Assembly (NCBI RefSeq): GCF_004010195.1
Contig: NC_057754.1
Location: 12,045,575 to 12,100,274, forward strand
DNA from: Chiloscyllium plagiosum
Taxonomy: Eukaryota
Direction of reading: 5' to 3'
Length of the DNA: 54,700 nucleotides
Numbering within the stretch: position 1 is the first letter of the stretch; each line of letters begins with the position of its first letter. The notes under the pieces are model-generated. The model was not told the DNA's origin, made no database searches, and saw nothing but the letters and a program-made list of their open reading frames with translations. This document shows positions 1 to 12,950 of the stretch, piece after piece. The position numbers and the translations under genes are program-made.

Positions 1-166
1 TTTGGGACCACTGCTGTTTCTCATTTTTATAAATGATATAGATGCAGGCATAGGTGGATGGATTAGTAAATTTGCAGACGGTGGAGTAGTGGACGGTGTG
101 GAAAAATGTTACAGGTTGCAGGGTGACTTGCATAAACAGCAGAATTGGACTGAGAGGGGGCAAATA
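1..166 (+). mobile_element. CR1 LINE reverse transcriptase fragment
   Basis: Translates LGPLLFLIFINDIDAGIGGWISKFAD (CR1 RT core); cut off at about 166 by the duplicated block. Confidence 0.85.
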
Positions 167-1440
167 TAAAGGAACTTTGGAGTCGTGGTCACAGTATGTT
201 GAACTGTACACGATATCTGAATGCAAAACGGTTTTGTTGTTATTTGAAATTACGGGCTCCATTTTCCTTCTTCCTTTTTGTAACCTTAGTTCCTTTAGCA
301 ATGAATAATCTATCTACCTCTGAATTAAATATACACAATGACGTGAACTCAACAGCTTTCTGTGGCAATGAATTCCACAGATTCTCCACTTTCATTCGAA
401 AGAATTCTTTTTGTTTCCGTTTCAAAGTGTCTTCCATTTGGTGTTGAGTTCTCAGGTTGTGCACTCGAGTCCTCGTTTCTAATTCCAATGGAAACATCTT
501 CCCAAAGTTCATTCTTTACAGGTCATTCCGTATTCTCAAGTTTCAATCAGAATCCCCCTTATTTTTCTAAGCTCCAGCGAGTATGAACACCGAGTCCTCA
601 AAAGTTCCTCCTCTGTTAAGTATTTTATTCCTTGTCTAATTCGCAGGAACCTTCTCTAGACCCTCTCCAGGGCCAATACAATCTTTCTGAGGTAGGCTGC
701 CCAAAATATTCAAAATATCATCTGAACAGAGCCTTATAAAGCCTCAGAAGTCTCGTTTTTGTATTACAGTCCTCGAGAGATGAAGACCACATTATATTTG
801 CCTTCCTAATTACCAATTAAATCCGCACCTTTTTCTTAAGAACATCCTGGACTTGGAATCGCAAGTCACTTTCCCCTTCAGATTTATGAATTTTCTTCCC
901 ATTTAGCAATTGTGAATGCCACTATTGTTCCTATGAAAGTGCATGAACTCACACGTTGCCACATTGTATTACTTCTGCCACTTCTCTGGTCACTCTCCCA
1001 ATGTATCTAAATCATTCTGCTGACTCTCTGCCTCCTCTATACTGCATGTGCCTCCACATATCTTCATATCAGCTGCAAACATAATCAAAATATCCTAAAT
1101 TACTTCATCCATATCATTTATGAATAGAATGAAAAGTTATAGCTGCAAAGTGACCTGTTTCCATATTGAGAAGGACCACTTTATACACATTTTCTACCTT
1201 CTGCCAGACTGCCAATCATTGATCAATAATAGTACCTTGCCTCTAACACCATCAGCACTTATCTTACTGAGGAGCACCCTGTGCAATATCTTATCAAAGG
1301 CCTCCTGGAAGTCCTTCTGACATCTCTTTCGTCTAACCTGATCAAAGAAGTCTCATTAGCATGAGAGCAATGTAATTTATTGAAATGGAGAGGGATAGAT
1401 AGAGTCGATTGCCAGAGACTATTTCTCTGAGCAGAAATGG
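167..1440. repeat. Segmental duplication copy 1 (paralog of 23572-25271)
   Basis: Near-identical to 23572 onward from taaaggaactttggagtcg; lacks the 425 bp corresponding to 24795-25219; runs into the N gap. Confidence 0.92.
240..1340 (-). mobile_element. Old degraded CR1 LINE 3' part (inside duplication copy 1)
   Basis: ORF 240-512(-) KEFFRMKVENLWNSLPQKAVEFTSLCIFNSEVDRLF matches the CR1 ORF2 C-terminus. Confidence 0.75.
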
Positions 1441-1940
1441 NNNNNNNNNNNNNNNNNNNNNNNNNNNNNNNNNNNNNNNNNNNNNNNNNNNNNNNNNNNN
1501 NNNNNNNNNNNNNNNNNNNNNNNNNNNNNNNNNNNNNNNNNNNNNNNNNNNNNNNNNNNNNNNNNNNNNNNNNNNNNNNNNNNNNNNNNNNNNNNNNNNN
1601 NNNNNNNNNNNNNNNNNNNNNNNNNNNNNNNNNNNNNNNNNNNNNNNNNNNNNNNNNNNNNNNNNNNNNNNNNNNNNNNNNNNNNNNNNNNNNNNNNNNN
1701 NNNNNNNNNNNNNNNNNNNNNNNNNNNNNNNNNNNNNNNNNNNNNNNNNNNNNNNNNNNNNNNNNNNNNNNNNNNNNNNNNNNNNNNNNNNNNNNNNNNN
1801 NNNNNNNNNNNNNNNNNNNNNNNNNNNNNNNNNNNNNNNNNNNNNNNNNNNNNNNNNNNNNNNNNNNNNNNNNNNNNNNNNNNNNNNNNNNNNNNNNNNN
1901 NNNNNNNNNNNNNNNNNNNNNNNNNNNNNNNNNNNNNNNN
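1441..1940. other. Assembly gap (500 N)
   Basis: Run of N. Confidence 1.
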
Positions 1941-4104
1941 CAGTATGTAGACAGGCCTACGAGGGACGAAGCCACTTTAGATTTAGTACTGGGTAACGAG
2001 CCTGGCCAGGTGTTAGATTTGGAAGTAGGTGAGCACTTTGGAGACAGCGATCACAATTCTGTCAGGTTTACTTTAGTGATGGAAAGGGATAGGTGTACTC
2101 CACCGAGCAAGAGTTACAGCTGGGGGAAGGGAAATTACGATGCAACTCGGAAAGATTTAGGAAGCGTAGAATGGGGAAGGAAACTGCAGGGGATGAGCAC
2201 ATTAAAAATGGGAACTTTTTCAAGGAAAAGCTCCTGTCTGTCCTAGATAATTATGTAAATGTCAGGGATGGAGGAAGATATAGAACACGTGAGCCGTGGT
2301 TTACTCTACAAGAAGAAGAAGAAGGCTAATGTTAGGACAAAATGTGAAAACTCAGTTAGGGCGCTTGAGGGTTACCAGGAAGTCAGGAAAGACCTAAAAA
2401 GAGAGCTCAAAAGAGCCAGGAGGAGACATGAGACGTCGTTCACGGGTAGGGTCAGAGTTAACCCTGTGGCTTTCCAGGTATGTCAGGAATAAAAAAATGA
2501 CAAGAGTTAAATTAGGGCCAATCAAGGATAATAGTGGGAAGTTGTGTGTGGAGTCAGAGGGTATAGGGGATGCACTAAATAAATATTTTTCGACGGTGTT
2601 TACTATAGAAAACGAAAATTTGGCGAGGAAGATACAGAGATACTTGCATCAAGACGAGAAGAGATTGAGGTTCACAAGGAAGAGATATTAGAAATACTAC
2701 AGAGTTTGAAAATAGACAAGTCCCCTGGGCCAGATGGGATCTATCCTAGGATCCTCTGGGCAGCAAGGGAAAAGATTGCCGAACATTTGGCATTGATCTT
2801 CAAATCATCATTGTCTACAGGAATAGTGCCTGAGGACTGGAAATGTGGTTCCCTTATTCAAAAAGGGTAGTAGAGACAACCCTGGTAATTCCAGACCAGG
2901 TCGTGCCTAACGAATCTAATTCACATTTTTGACAAAGTTACCAAACATGTAGATGAGAGTAAACCGGTTGATATGGTGTGTATGGATTTCAGCAAAGCGT
3001 TCGATAAGGTTCCACAAAATGCGAAGGAATGGGATTGTGGGAGACATAGCAGTTTGGATCAGTAATTGGCTTGCTGAAAGAAAACAGAGGGTTGTAGTTG
3101 ATGGAACATGTTCATCTAGGTGTCCAGTTACTAGCGGCGTACCACAAGGGTCCACTGCTGTTCGCCATTTTTATAAATGATCTGGATGAGGGCTTAGAAG
3201 GGATGGGTTAGTAAATTTGCTGACGACACTAAGGTCAGTGGAGTTGTGGATAGTGATGAAGGATGTAGTCGGTTGCAGAGAAATATAGATAGGATGCAGA
3301 GCTGGGCTGAGAGGTGGCAAATGGAGTTTAATGTGGACAAGCGTGAGGTGATACACTTTGGAAGGAGTAATCGGAATGCAAAGTACTGGGCTAATGGTAA
3401 GATTCTTGGGACTGCAGATGAGCTGAGAGATCTCGGTGTCCACATACATAGATCCCTGAAAGTTGCCAGTCAGATTGACAGGGTTGTTAAGAAGGCATAC
3501 TAAATTTATTAATAGAGGGATTGAGTTCCAGAAACAGGAGGTTATGCTGCAGCTGCACAAATCTCTGGTGCAGCCACACTTGGAGTATTGTGTACAGTTC
3601 TGAACACCGCATTTTAAGAAGGATGTGGACGCTTTGGAAAGGGTGCAGAGGAGATTTACGAGGATGTTGCCTGGTATGGAAGGAAGTCTTTCGAGGAAAG
3701 GCTGAGGGCCCTGAGGCTGTTCTCGTTAGAGAGAAGAAGGTTGAGAGGGTGACTTAATAGAGACATACAAGATAATCAGAGGGTTCGATAGGGTGGACAG
3801 GGAGAGCCCTTTTCCAAGTATGTTGACAGCGAGCACGAGGTGTCATAGCTTTAAATTGAGGGGTGATAGATATAGGACAGATGTCAGAAGTAGTTTCTTT
3901 ACTCGTGTAGTAAGCGTATGGAATGCTTTGCCTGCAACGGTAGTAGATTCGCAAAGTTTAAGTGCATTTAAGTCGTCATTGGACAGGCATATGGACGTAC
4001 ATGGAATAGTGTAGGTGGGATGGGCTTCAGATTAGTATGACAGGGCAGTGCAGTATCGAGGGCCGAAGGGCCTGTATTGCGCTGTAATGATCTATGTTCT
4101 ATGT
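1941..4104 (+). mobile_element. CR1/HER1-like LINE, decayed ORF2 (EN end, RT, 3' tail)
   Basis: QYVDRPTRDEATLDLVLGNEPG...GDSDHNSV (EN), SGVPQGS, SKFADDTK, and 3' tail gggccgaagggcctgtattgcgctgtaatgatctatgttctatgt. Confidence 0.93.
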
Positions 4105-5122
4105 ACAGATATTGTGGCAAATGGCAAAAAACACAGGGGGGAACCGACAAACATGTCAATAATAATCAAAACCAAAATAGGTTAGACAAGTACAAACGAT
4201 CGCACAGTCCAAGTAATTTTTACAACCATATTTTATAGAAATAGTACAAGCATAACACTGACTACCATGCTATATCTTTCACGAAGCTCTTCACGAAAAA
4301 AATGCATGAGCCGACTGATGACGCGATGCCAACACGGAATTCCAGTTCTCCACATGATTCTCCGCCGATGTGAAATGAAATTCCTTCTAATTGTAAACTC
4401 CAATTCCCATTTTCAAGCTCAGTTTCAAGGAATTGCATTCCTATTGTAGCGGTACACGCTGAGTGTGCATTTTGCAGACAGAGATTAGATTTCGCTGCTC
4501 AGCTAGTGTCACAGATGAAATCGTGTAAGTGGAGTCTGTGTTATAAAAATAGGCTCGTAATCGGTTACAGCCAAATCGCATTTAATAAATGAGAACTAAA
4601 TGCATACTGAATGGGACAACAAAATCAAAGGACCGTCAAGGCTACTGCAGTTCCTATGGTATTTTTCCGATGGTTCATCACATGTAGGGTTCCATACATT
4701 TTGTTGGAAAGTATATTGAGGAGATATTCTGCCATGAACTAGAATGAGGCAGGCTCAATGTGTTGAATGGCCTACCACTTCCCAATGTTTCTGTGCGGTC
4801 TGTGGGAAAGTTCTCCAAAAGCTGTGGCAACTCTCAGGTGTTGGGAAGGAGGTTTTTGTCGGGTCAACAGGACTGTTTTCCCCTCCCTTTTCCGATACCA
4901 AAGTTGGTGCTGAGTGTTCTGTCTAGTTTAGTCCTTTAGGAACTCGCAAAGGTTTGATACAGTTGAGTGTCTTGCTTGGCTGTTTGAAGAGTTTGAAGCG
5001 TTTGTCACAGGTCTCTATGTCTGGAGTCGTTTTCTGTCCAGGCGAGAAAACCAAGGAAGATTTGCTTCCAGAAAGTACATTAGTTGCACAGATTGGTGTT
5101 TACATTCGACATTGGCTTCAAG

Positions 5123-5317
5123 ATCAGGATTAGCGTGGTGCTGGAAATGCACGGCACATCGCACAGCATCTGAGGAGAAGGAAAATTGATGTTTCGGGCA
5201 AAAGGTTTTCATCAGGATTTTCCTGCTCTTCAGATGCTGCCTGACCTGCTGCATTTTTCCGGCACCACTCTAATCTTGACTCTAGTCTCTAGCACCTGCA
5301 GTACCCACATTCGCCTA
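5123..5317. mobile_element. Penelope-like (family A) inverted pLTR miniature with degenerate hammerhead
   Basis: Inverted arms (gtggtgctggaaatgca... / ...tgcatttttccggcaccac); minus strand CTGATGA...GAAAC at about 5191-5215; flanked by attggcttcaag (5111-5122) and attgacttcaag (5318-5329). Confidence 0.75.
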
Positions 5318-5449
5318 ATTGACTTCAAGGTCACTGTTAGTGATACCAGATTTTAGATCTCGACATTTTATGAATTGTTTTAAACTTCCACCAAATTCCA
5401 GAGTATTGGCCTTACTGATGCATTTCTACAATAGCACCATCCATACATG

Positions 5450-6180
5450 GGGACCTATCGGAAACCACACTGAGCTTGCTTATTTCTGTACTGCTTGACA
5501 GCTCTGTCAAAAAAAACTCCTACCAATTTGACGATCGTGTTGGGACTAAGGGGTGGCAATTGGTTAGATTGTATTTATTCTTCACTTAGTGGACGAGACA
5601 ATAATGTGTAATTTTCCACATTGCCAGGTCGATGTCAGAGTTGGAGCTGGAATGAAAAAGCTTCCCAAGAGGCATGACATGTTGTGCACTACACGTCTTC
5701 AATCCTACTGCAGGAGTGGAGTCAGTGTCCATTGGTGTTGTTGTATCTAATGTATTCAGCTGTTTTTTCAGGTCACCTGCAGGGAATCAATTGGTTGAAT
5801 ACTAGTATCTGCGATATTGTGGGCATCATAACGAGGATGATGTGGGTCATCAACTCAGCACTTCTGGATGAGGGTGAAGTGAATACTACATACGTCCTTA
5901 TCGATACTGGTGTGCAGGGCTGTTCCATTCACTTGTGGAGCCCTATCCTCTCGTGAGATTTTCAATATTTCATCAACATTTATGACTGGATGAGACAAGA
6001 CTGGAAAGCTTACATCTGATCTGTTGGTGTTGAAATCATTTTGCAATTTTTCTCAGATATTACTTCTGCTGTTTGCAATTCCAGCAGTCAAGTGTCAGAG
6101 CTTTAACTGATTGTCATCAGTTTTAGGTAGAGATTGTTTTGAACCAGGCATGCTTATTCACACTCCTCACTGAACCATAG
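5450..6180 (-). mobile_element. Degraded non-LTR retrotransposon ORF2 (CR1/L2 group, second family)
   Basis: Minus strand retains remnants of the tether/RT N-terminal motifs (G.D....V.LKTC, MWKI..I); heavily mutated. Confidence 0.55.
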
Positions 6181-6224
6181 ATCAGATTGATGATAATGGT
6201 AGACTAAGGGGAAAAAAACTTATC

Positions 6225-9200
6225 GATTGTGGTAAAATGTGAGTGAGATGTAGCAGGTGAGGGACCTGATACATGTTTCTGCCGACCGCATTTGCAGGAA
6301 GTGCACCCAATTCCAGCTCCTCGAAAAACGAGTTAGGGAACTGGAGCTGGAGCGAGATGAACTGCGGGAATCTGAGAGAGAAATAGAGACGATGTATAGG
6401 GAGGTGGTCACTCCTCAGACACAGGATAAGGACAGCTGGTTTACAGTCAGGGAAGGAAAAGAGAATCGTAGACAGTAAAGAGAATCGTAGACAGTAAAGC
6501 AATAAGTATGCCGTTTTGGATACTGCTAATGGGGATGGCCTACCAGGGGAAAGCCATAGTGGTCATGCCTCTGGCACTGAGCCTAGCACTGAGGCTCGGA
6601 AGAATTGTAAATCGCTCGTGGAAGGGGACTCAATAGTTAGATGGATTGACAGGAGATATTGTGGTCACGAACGGAACTCCCTAATGATACGTTGTCTCCC
6701 TCGTGCCAGGATACGGGATGTCGCCAATTGGATTCTGAAGGTGGAAGGTGAGTAGCTGGAAATCTTGGAACATTTGGCACCAATGAATCAACCAGGAAAG
6801 TGAATGAGGATCTGAAGTGTGACTACAGAGAGCTAGGTTGGAAGCTGACAAGCACTATGAGTAAAGTAGTGATCGCAGATTTGATGCCGCTGCCACGAGA
6901 CATTAAGGTGAGGCAGAGTCAGCTTAATGCACGGCTGCGAGGCTGGTGCAGGAAGGAAGGCTTCTGATACTTAGACGATTGAGATGCCTTCTGGGGAAGG
7001 TGGGACCTCTTCATGAAAGACGATTTGCATCTAAAATGGAGGGGCACAAATATCCCGGGCGGGAGATTTGTTCGTGTGGTTTTGGAGTGTTTAAACTAGT
7101 TTGGCGAGGGGGTGGGAACCAGAACTGCATTTCTGAGAGGGGGTACTGGTAGGTGTAATGAATCTATCGGAAAGGTTTTTCACGTGAAAAAACAAGGAGA
7201 TTGGTTAAAGTGTGTCTGCTTTAACGCAAGGAGTGTCAGAAATAAGAGCGATGAACTCAGAGTATGGAACAGTACTTGGGAATATGATGATGTGGCCATA
7301 ATGGAGACGTGGGTTTCACGGGGGCAGGAAAGGTTGCTAGATGTTCCAGGTTTTAGAACGTTTAAAAAGAACAAGGAGGTTGGAAAAAAGGAGGCGATGT
7401 AGCATTATTAATAAGAGTACATCACAGCTGCAAAAACGAAGCTTGTTGAGGAAGGTTTGTCTACTGAAACATTATCGGCAGAAGACAGGAAAAGCAAAGG
7501 TAGCAACCAATTCATTAGGGGGTTTTCTATAGAACCCGTAAGACCAATAGACAAGATTGAAGAACTGATAGGCCGGCAAATGTTGGAAAAATGCAGATGT
7601 CGCAGGGTTGTTATTATGGGTGACTTCAACATTCCCAATATTGACTGGAACCTCCTTAGTGCAGATGGTTTCGATGGAGCAGTTTTTGTTAGGTGTGTTC
7701 AGGAGGGTTTCCTTACTCAGTGGGCAGATAGGCCGACGGGGGTAGAGGCCAATTTGGATTTGGTGCTTGGCAGTGAGCTAGGACAGGTGTCAGATCTCAC
7801 GGTGAGTGAACACTTTGCTTACAGTGACCACAACTGCCTAACATTTACCATAGCCTTGGAGAGGGAGAGGAGTATTTTCCAAGTGAAGATAGTTAATTGG
7901 AGAAAAGAAAATTATTACGCTATAAGGCAGGAGTTGGGAAGTACAGATTGGAAGCAACTGTTCCACCTTAAGGGCACAGCAGACATGTGGAGACTGATTA
8001 AGGAGCAGTTGTTCCGAGAGTGCACAAATTTGTTCCTGGCAAGAAGGGGTAAGGTTAAGGAGCCTTGAATGACGAGAACAAAGGAGCTTCTCGTCAAAAG
8101 GAAGAATGCAGCTTACGGAAGGCGGAAGAAGCAAAGATTTAGCACAGCTTTAGAGGATTACAGGCTTACTAGAAAGGAGCTCAGAAAAAGGCTTGGCAGG
8201 AAGAATTAGGGAGAACCCAAAGGCATTTTACTCGTACGTGAGGAATAGGAGAATGATCAGGGAGATGATAGGGCCGATCAGTGATAGCGTAGGGAAATTG
8301 TGCGTGGAGTCTGAGCAGATAAGGAAGGTTTTGGAAAAAAATTCTGAGCAATATCATTTATTACTATTTGGAAAAGCATAGCATGATTAAAGGCAGTCAG
8401 CATGGCTTTGTGAGGGGCAGGTCATGCTTCACCAATCTTATTGAGTTCTTTGAGGACATTACGAGACAGGTCAATGAAGGTCGAGCAGTGGATGTGGTGC
8501 ATATGGACGTCAGTAAGGCATTGCTTAAGGTTCCCAATGGTAGGCCCATTAATTGTGTCATGTGTTTGGCTGCCTGGATTCAGAATTGGTCGGCTGATAG
8601 AAGGCAGAGAGTGGTTGTAGGTGGGAAGTGTTCTGCCTAGAGATTAGTGGTGAGTGGTGTCTCACAGGGCTCTGTTCTTGGGCTCTGGTTTTGTAGTTTT
8701 TGTAAATGACTTTGAGAAGGTTCAGGGGTGGGTTAGTAAATTTGCCGATGACACAAAGGTTGGAGAAGCCGTTAATAGCATTAAGGGGTATTGCAGGCTG
8801 TAGCGTGACATAGACAGGATGGAGAGCTGGGATAAGAAGTGGCAGATGGAGTTCAATCTGGATTAATGCGAAGAGATGCATTTTGGAAGGTCGAACTCAA
8901 ATGCTGAATGTATGACTAAAGACAGGATTCGTGTCGCTGTGGAGGAACAGAGGGATCTGGGTGTTAATGTGCATAGATCCCTCAAAGTTACCAATCAAGT
9001 GGATAGGGTTGTAAAGAACGCATGTGTGTTTTTGGCTTTCATTAACAGCGGGATTGAGTTTAAGAGCCGTGAGGCTTTGCTGCACATCTACAAGACCCTG
9101 GTGAGACAACACTTGGAATATTGTGTCCAGTTCTGGTCGCGCTATTATAGAAAACATACGGAGGCTTTAGTAAGGTTGCAAGTAAGGTTTAACAGGCTGC

Positions 9201-9644
9201 TGCCTGGACTGAGGGTTTGTATTCGGAAGCGAGGTTGACGAAGCTCAGAATTTTCTCTCTGGAGAGAAGGAGGAAGAGAGGTGACCTGATCGAGATGTGA
9301 AGCTAATGTGAGGCATAGATAGAGTCAATAGCCAGGGTGTTTTCCCGAAGGAGGGATTGACTGGCACGAAGGGTCACAGATTTATGATAGTTGGTGGAAG
9401 ATATAGTGGAGGCGTGAGAAGTATGTTCTTTACGCAGAGAGTTGTGAATGCATGTAATGCGTTGCCAGTGGTAGAAGCAGAGTCATTAGGGGCACTTAAG
9501 CGACTGCTGTACATGATCATGGACAACATTGAATTGAGGGGTGCGCAGTTTAGGTTATTTTATTTAAATTAGGAATAATCCTCGGCACAACATCGTGGGC
9601 CAAAGGGCTTGTTCTCTGCTGTACTTTTCTCTGTTCTATGTTCT
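6225..9644 (+). mobile_element. Near full-length CR1 LINE (ORF1 Zn finger + SGNH esterase; ORF2 EN-RT), inactivated
   Basis: ICRKCTQFQLLEKRVRELE, GDSIVR, GTNE and DDLH (ORF1); CFNARSVRNK..ETW and MGDFNIPNIDW..SDHN (EN); RT with an internal deletion near 8330; tail ctgttctatgttct. Confidence 0.93.
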
Positions 9645-9809
9645 GGAATGTAATTCTACTTCTGTTGCTGCTGAGGTCGACAGCACCCCATGAATATCAG
9701 GAATTCTGTATTCAAGACTGCTTGGAGAACTAGATTAATACCAGTATTTAAAGAGGATTTGTGACTTGGAAATTATTTGAGGTCTAAGTTGCCAGGCAAG
9801 ATGAGTGAG

Positions 9810-10525
9810 AGTCATCGAGTCTTAGAGTTATATAGTGTGGAAATAGACCATCTGGCATAGTTTTCTTAAACAGAACTATTCCCATGTGCTTGCATTTGAC
9901 ACTCGTCCTGTCGATGTACTTGACCAAATGTCTTTTAAATGATGTAAATGTACTCGTCCCGACCACTTCTTTTGACAGCTTGTTCCATTTATGCACCACA
10001 CTCTCCTTAAAAGAAATTCCACTTAGCTCCCTTTTCAGTCTTTCTCCTCTCACCTTAAAACTGTCTGTCCTAGTTGTGAACTCCTCCACCTGGAGGAAAA
10101 ACCCTTAGCAATCTATCCCATCCATGCCCCTCATGATTTCATAAATCTCCAAAAGGTTCCCCCTTAGTCTCCTGCGGAAAAGGGCAAAAAATGCAAGGTT
10201 ATCCAGGCTGCCTTTATTTCCCAAAACCTCCAGTCTCTCCCTCATTGCAGCTTGCATCAATCTTCTTTAAGCAGGGCGACAAGAATTTTACTCATTATTT
10301 CAAATGTATATTTATCATTGTCTTGTACTGCTGCAATACGATGTTCCTACTCCTACACTCAATGCTCTGACCGATGAAGGTAAGTCTTCTTCACTGCCCT
10401 GTCTAACTGCAATACTATTTTCAAGTATAAATGCACCTGCACCCCGGGCCTTTCTGTTCGACAGAGCCCTCCGGTTAACCATGTAAATTCTGCCTGGTTT
10501 GTCTTGGAAAATATAACAACTCACA
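9810..10525 (-). mobile_element. Old CR1 LINE 3' fragment
   Basis: ORF 9784-10089(-) FKVRGERLKR...VVHKWNKL...FKRHLVKY, CR1 C-terminus. Confidence 0.75.
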
Positions 10526-10526
10526 T

Positions 10527-11670
10527 TAGAACATAGAAAATTACAGCACAATCTAGGCCAATCGGGTCTTGATGTTGCACCGACCTGTGAAACCAATCTG
10601 AAGTCTATCCAACCTATACTATTCCATTAGGATTCCCATGTTTATCTGTGTCCTTAAATTTGGCGAGTCGAGCACTGTTACAGACAGGGTGTTCCACGCC
10701 CTTACTGCTGTCTGATTAAAATAAAACTAACTCTGACATCTTTCCTATTTCTATAATCCATCAATTTAAAGCAATGCCCCTTTATGCTAGCCATCATCCA
10801 CAGATGGAAACGTTTCTCACCCTATCTCATCTTCTGATCATTTTGTATATCTTCATAAAGTCACCTTTCGACTTTCTTCTCCCGAATGAAAACAGCTACA
10901 AGGCCCTCAGCCTTTCCTGATAAGACCTTATGTCCACACTAGGAAACATCCGGTTAATCTGCTCTGCACTCTTCCCAATGCTTCCATATGTTTCATACAA
11001 TACAGCGACCGGAACTGTACACAACACACCAAGTGCGGCCACGCCAGAGTTTTGTACAGCTGCAACATGAACTCATGGCTACGAAACTCAATCCCTCTAC
11101 CAGTGTAAGCCAAAACAACAAATGCTTTTGTAACAACCCTATCAACATGGGTGGCAACTTTCAGGGATCTATGCACATGGACACCGAAATCTCTCTGCTC
11201 ATCCATACTACCAAGAATCTGATCATTCACCCCGTATTCTGCATTCCTGTTGCTCCTTTCAAAGTGAATCACCTCACATTTCTTCGCATTAAACACCATT
11301 TGCCACCACACAGATCAGCTCTGCAACTTATCTCTGTCCCTCAGCAGCCTGCATCATCCTTTGGCACTGTCCAGAACTCCAACGATCTTAACATCATCGG
11401 CAAGTTTACTAGCCCATCCTTCTAAACCCTCATCAAAGTCATTTACAAAAATGACAAACAACTGTGGCCCCAAGACAAATCATTGCTTTACACAACCGGT
11501 AACAGAACTTCAAGATAAACAACTCCAATTAAACTTATCAAGCACTTTACTGAAATCCATACACACAACATCAACAACTTATGCCACATGTTTGGTCACC
11601 TTCTCAAAGAACTCAATAAGGTTTGTGAGGCACTACCTACCCTTCACAAACCGTGTTGACTATCCCTACA
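10527..11670 (-). mobile_element. CR1/HER1-like LINE RT and 3' end
   Basis: ORF 10928-11311(-) WQMVFNAKKCEVIHF...LQLYKTLAWPHL; tail tagaacatagaa on the + strand. Confidence 0.88.
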
Positions 11671-11671
11671 A

Positions 11672-12090
11672 TTGAATTGAATTAACTTTATTGTCACATA
11701 CACTCTAAAGTGTGCAGTGAAATATTTACAATATTGTTGCTTATGGCGCTATCTTTTGTACAGGGTACCTAGGTACAGTTTTTTTCAGCATTTGTGACAA
11801 AAATGAAAGAATAATGAATGAAAGTCCAGCAGAGGAATAAAAATAAACAAAGAACGGACTCGAATTAGAGTCACTTCACTCCAGTATACACACGGACCGA
11901 TTCTCTGGATCGCAACGGTCCCAAACTCCACACCAGACCGATCACAGTCTGCGGACTGAACCAGGCCCAGTCTCCAGATCACCCATCTGGCTGAGTCTGC
12001 AGACTGCACCAGGTCAAGGTTCCAGACCGCACCAAGTCTGCAGACTGCACTGGGCTGATTATACAAACTGTCAGAACATTGCCCACTCAC
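11672..12090 (-). mobile_element. 3' end of an unidentified retroposon with short internal repeats
   Basis: Minus strand ends gtgacAATAAAgttaattcaattca; the palindrome agtctgcagact occurs at 11994 and 12035, with variants at 11946 and 11969. Confidence 0.4.
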
Positions 12091-12699
12091 TTAACCTATC
12101 TTCTTTTGGAGTCTTTCGGTGTCCTCTGCATACTTTGTTATACCACTCATCTTAGCATCGTCCACCAACGTTGACACATTACACTTCGTCCTCAAATATA
12201 AATTATCTGTGTACTAAATTGATCATTTGATAATCAGATACTCTTTTACAATCATACAGATACCATCCCTTATTCAGAGATCTGTTCCACCTCCTTCTCA
12301 GTTATGTATATCACTTCCAAATATAAAATGTTCCAGACATTCAGTCCCCATCTAGCCATGTCTGTCTAATGTCATTGAATCATATCTCTTTCGATTTCTT
12401 CACTAAGTTCTCCAATCTTTCTTGACAAAAACAAAACACCTTCCGATAAGGTTTCTTCTTTTCAGCTTTTTAAGCCATTATCATCTATTCTACTGTCACT
12501 TTATTTCTTAATTTAACAGATCAAGAAACAGTCTGACATCGTCATACTCGCAGAATGATGAATAATGTTTCCCACCAGCAGGACAGACCCACAGTGGTGG
12601 AGCCACTGTAAAATACAGTCAGGAAAGTAGTTACCCTGGAATTCTGCAACATTGATTCCAGAACCCGGGAAGGAAAACAAAAAGTTGATTTGCAGGCGC

Positions 12700-12950
12700 A
12701 GCAGGTAAGCCGAAGACAAATGATATATTTCATTGCTAAAGGAATGGAGTTTAAAAATAGAAACGTTGCATTGCAGCTGAGACCAGGTCTGGAGTACTGC
12801 GTAATGTTTTGATCTCCTTACTTGAGATGTAATGGACTGGCGCTGGAGTGGGTGCAGATGACGTTCACGAGCTTGATTCAGAATTTGAGGCATTTGACGA
12901 ATGGGAAGAAATTGTGTAGACTGGCACTGTTCTCACTGGAATTCGGAAGA
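12700..12950 (+). mobile_element. Old CR1 RT C-terminal fragment
   Basis: GMEFKNR..RPGLEYCVMF.SPYL..ALEWVQ.TFT remnants. Confidence 0.65.

Noticed and set aside
1259..2246. Long ORFs spanning 1441-1940 (and 26474-26691)
   Set aside because: Artefacts of N runs.
6458..6495. 19-bp tandem duplication (and the 60-bp one at about 54208-54329)
   Set aside because: Ordinary local duplications in dead LINE copies.
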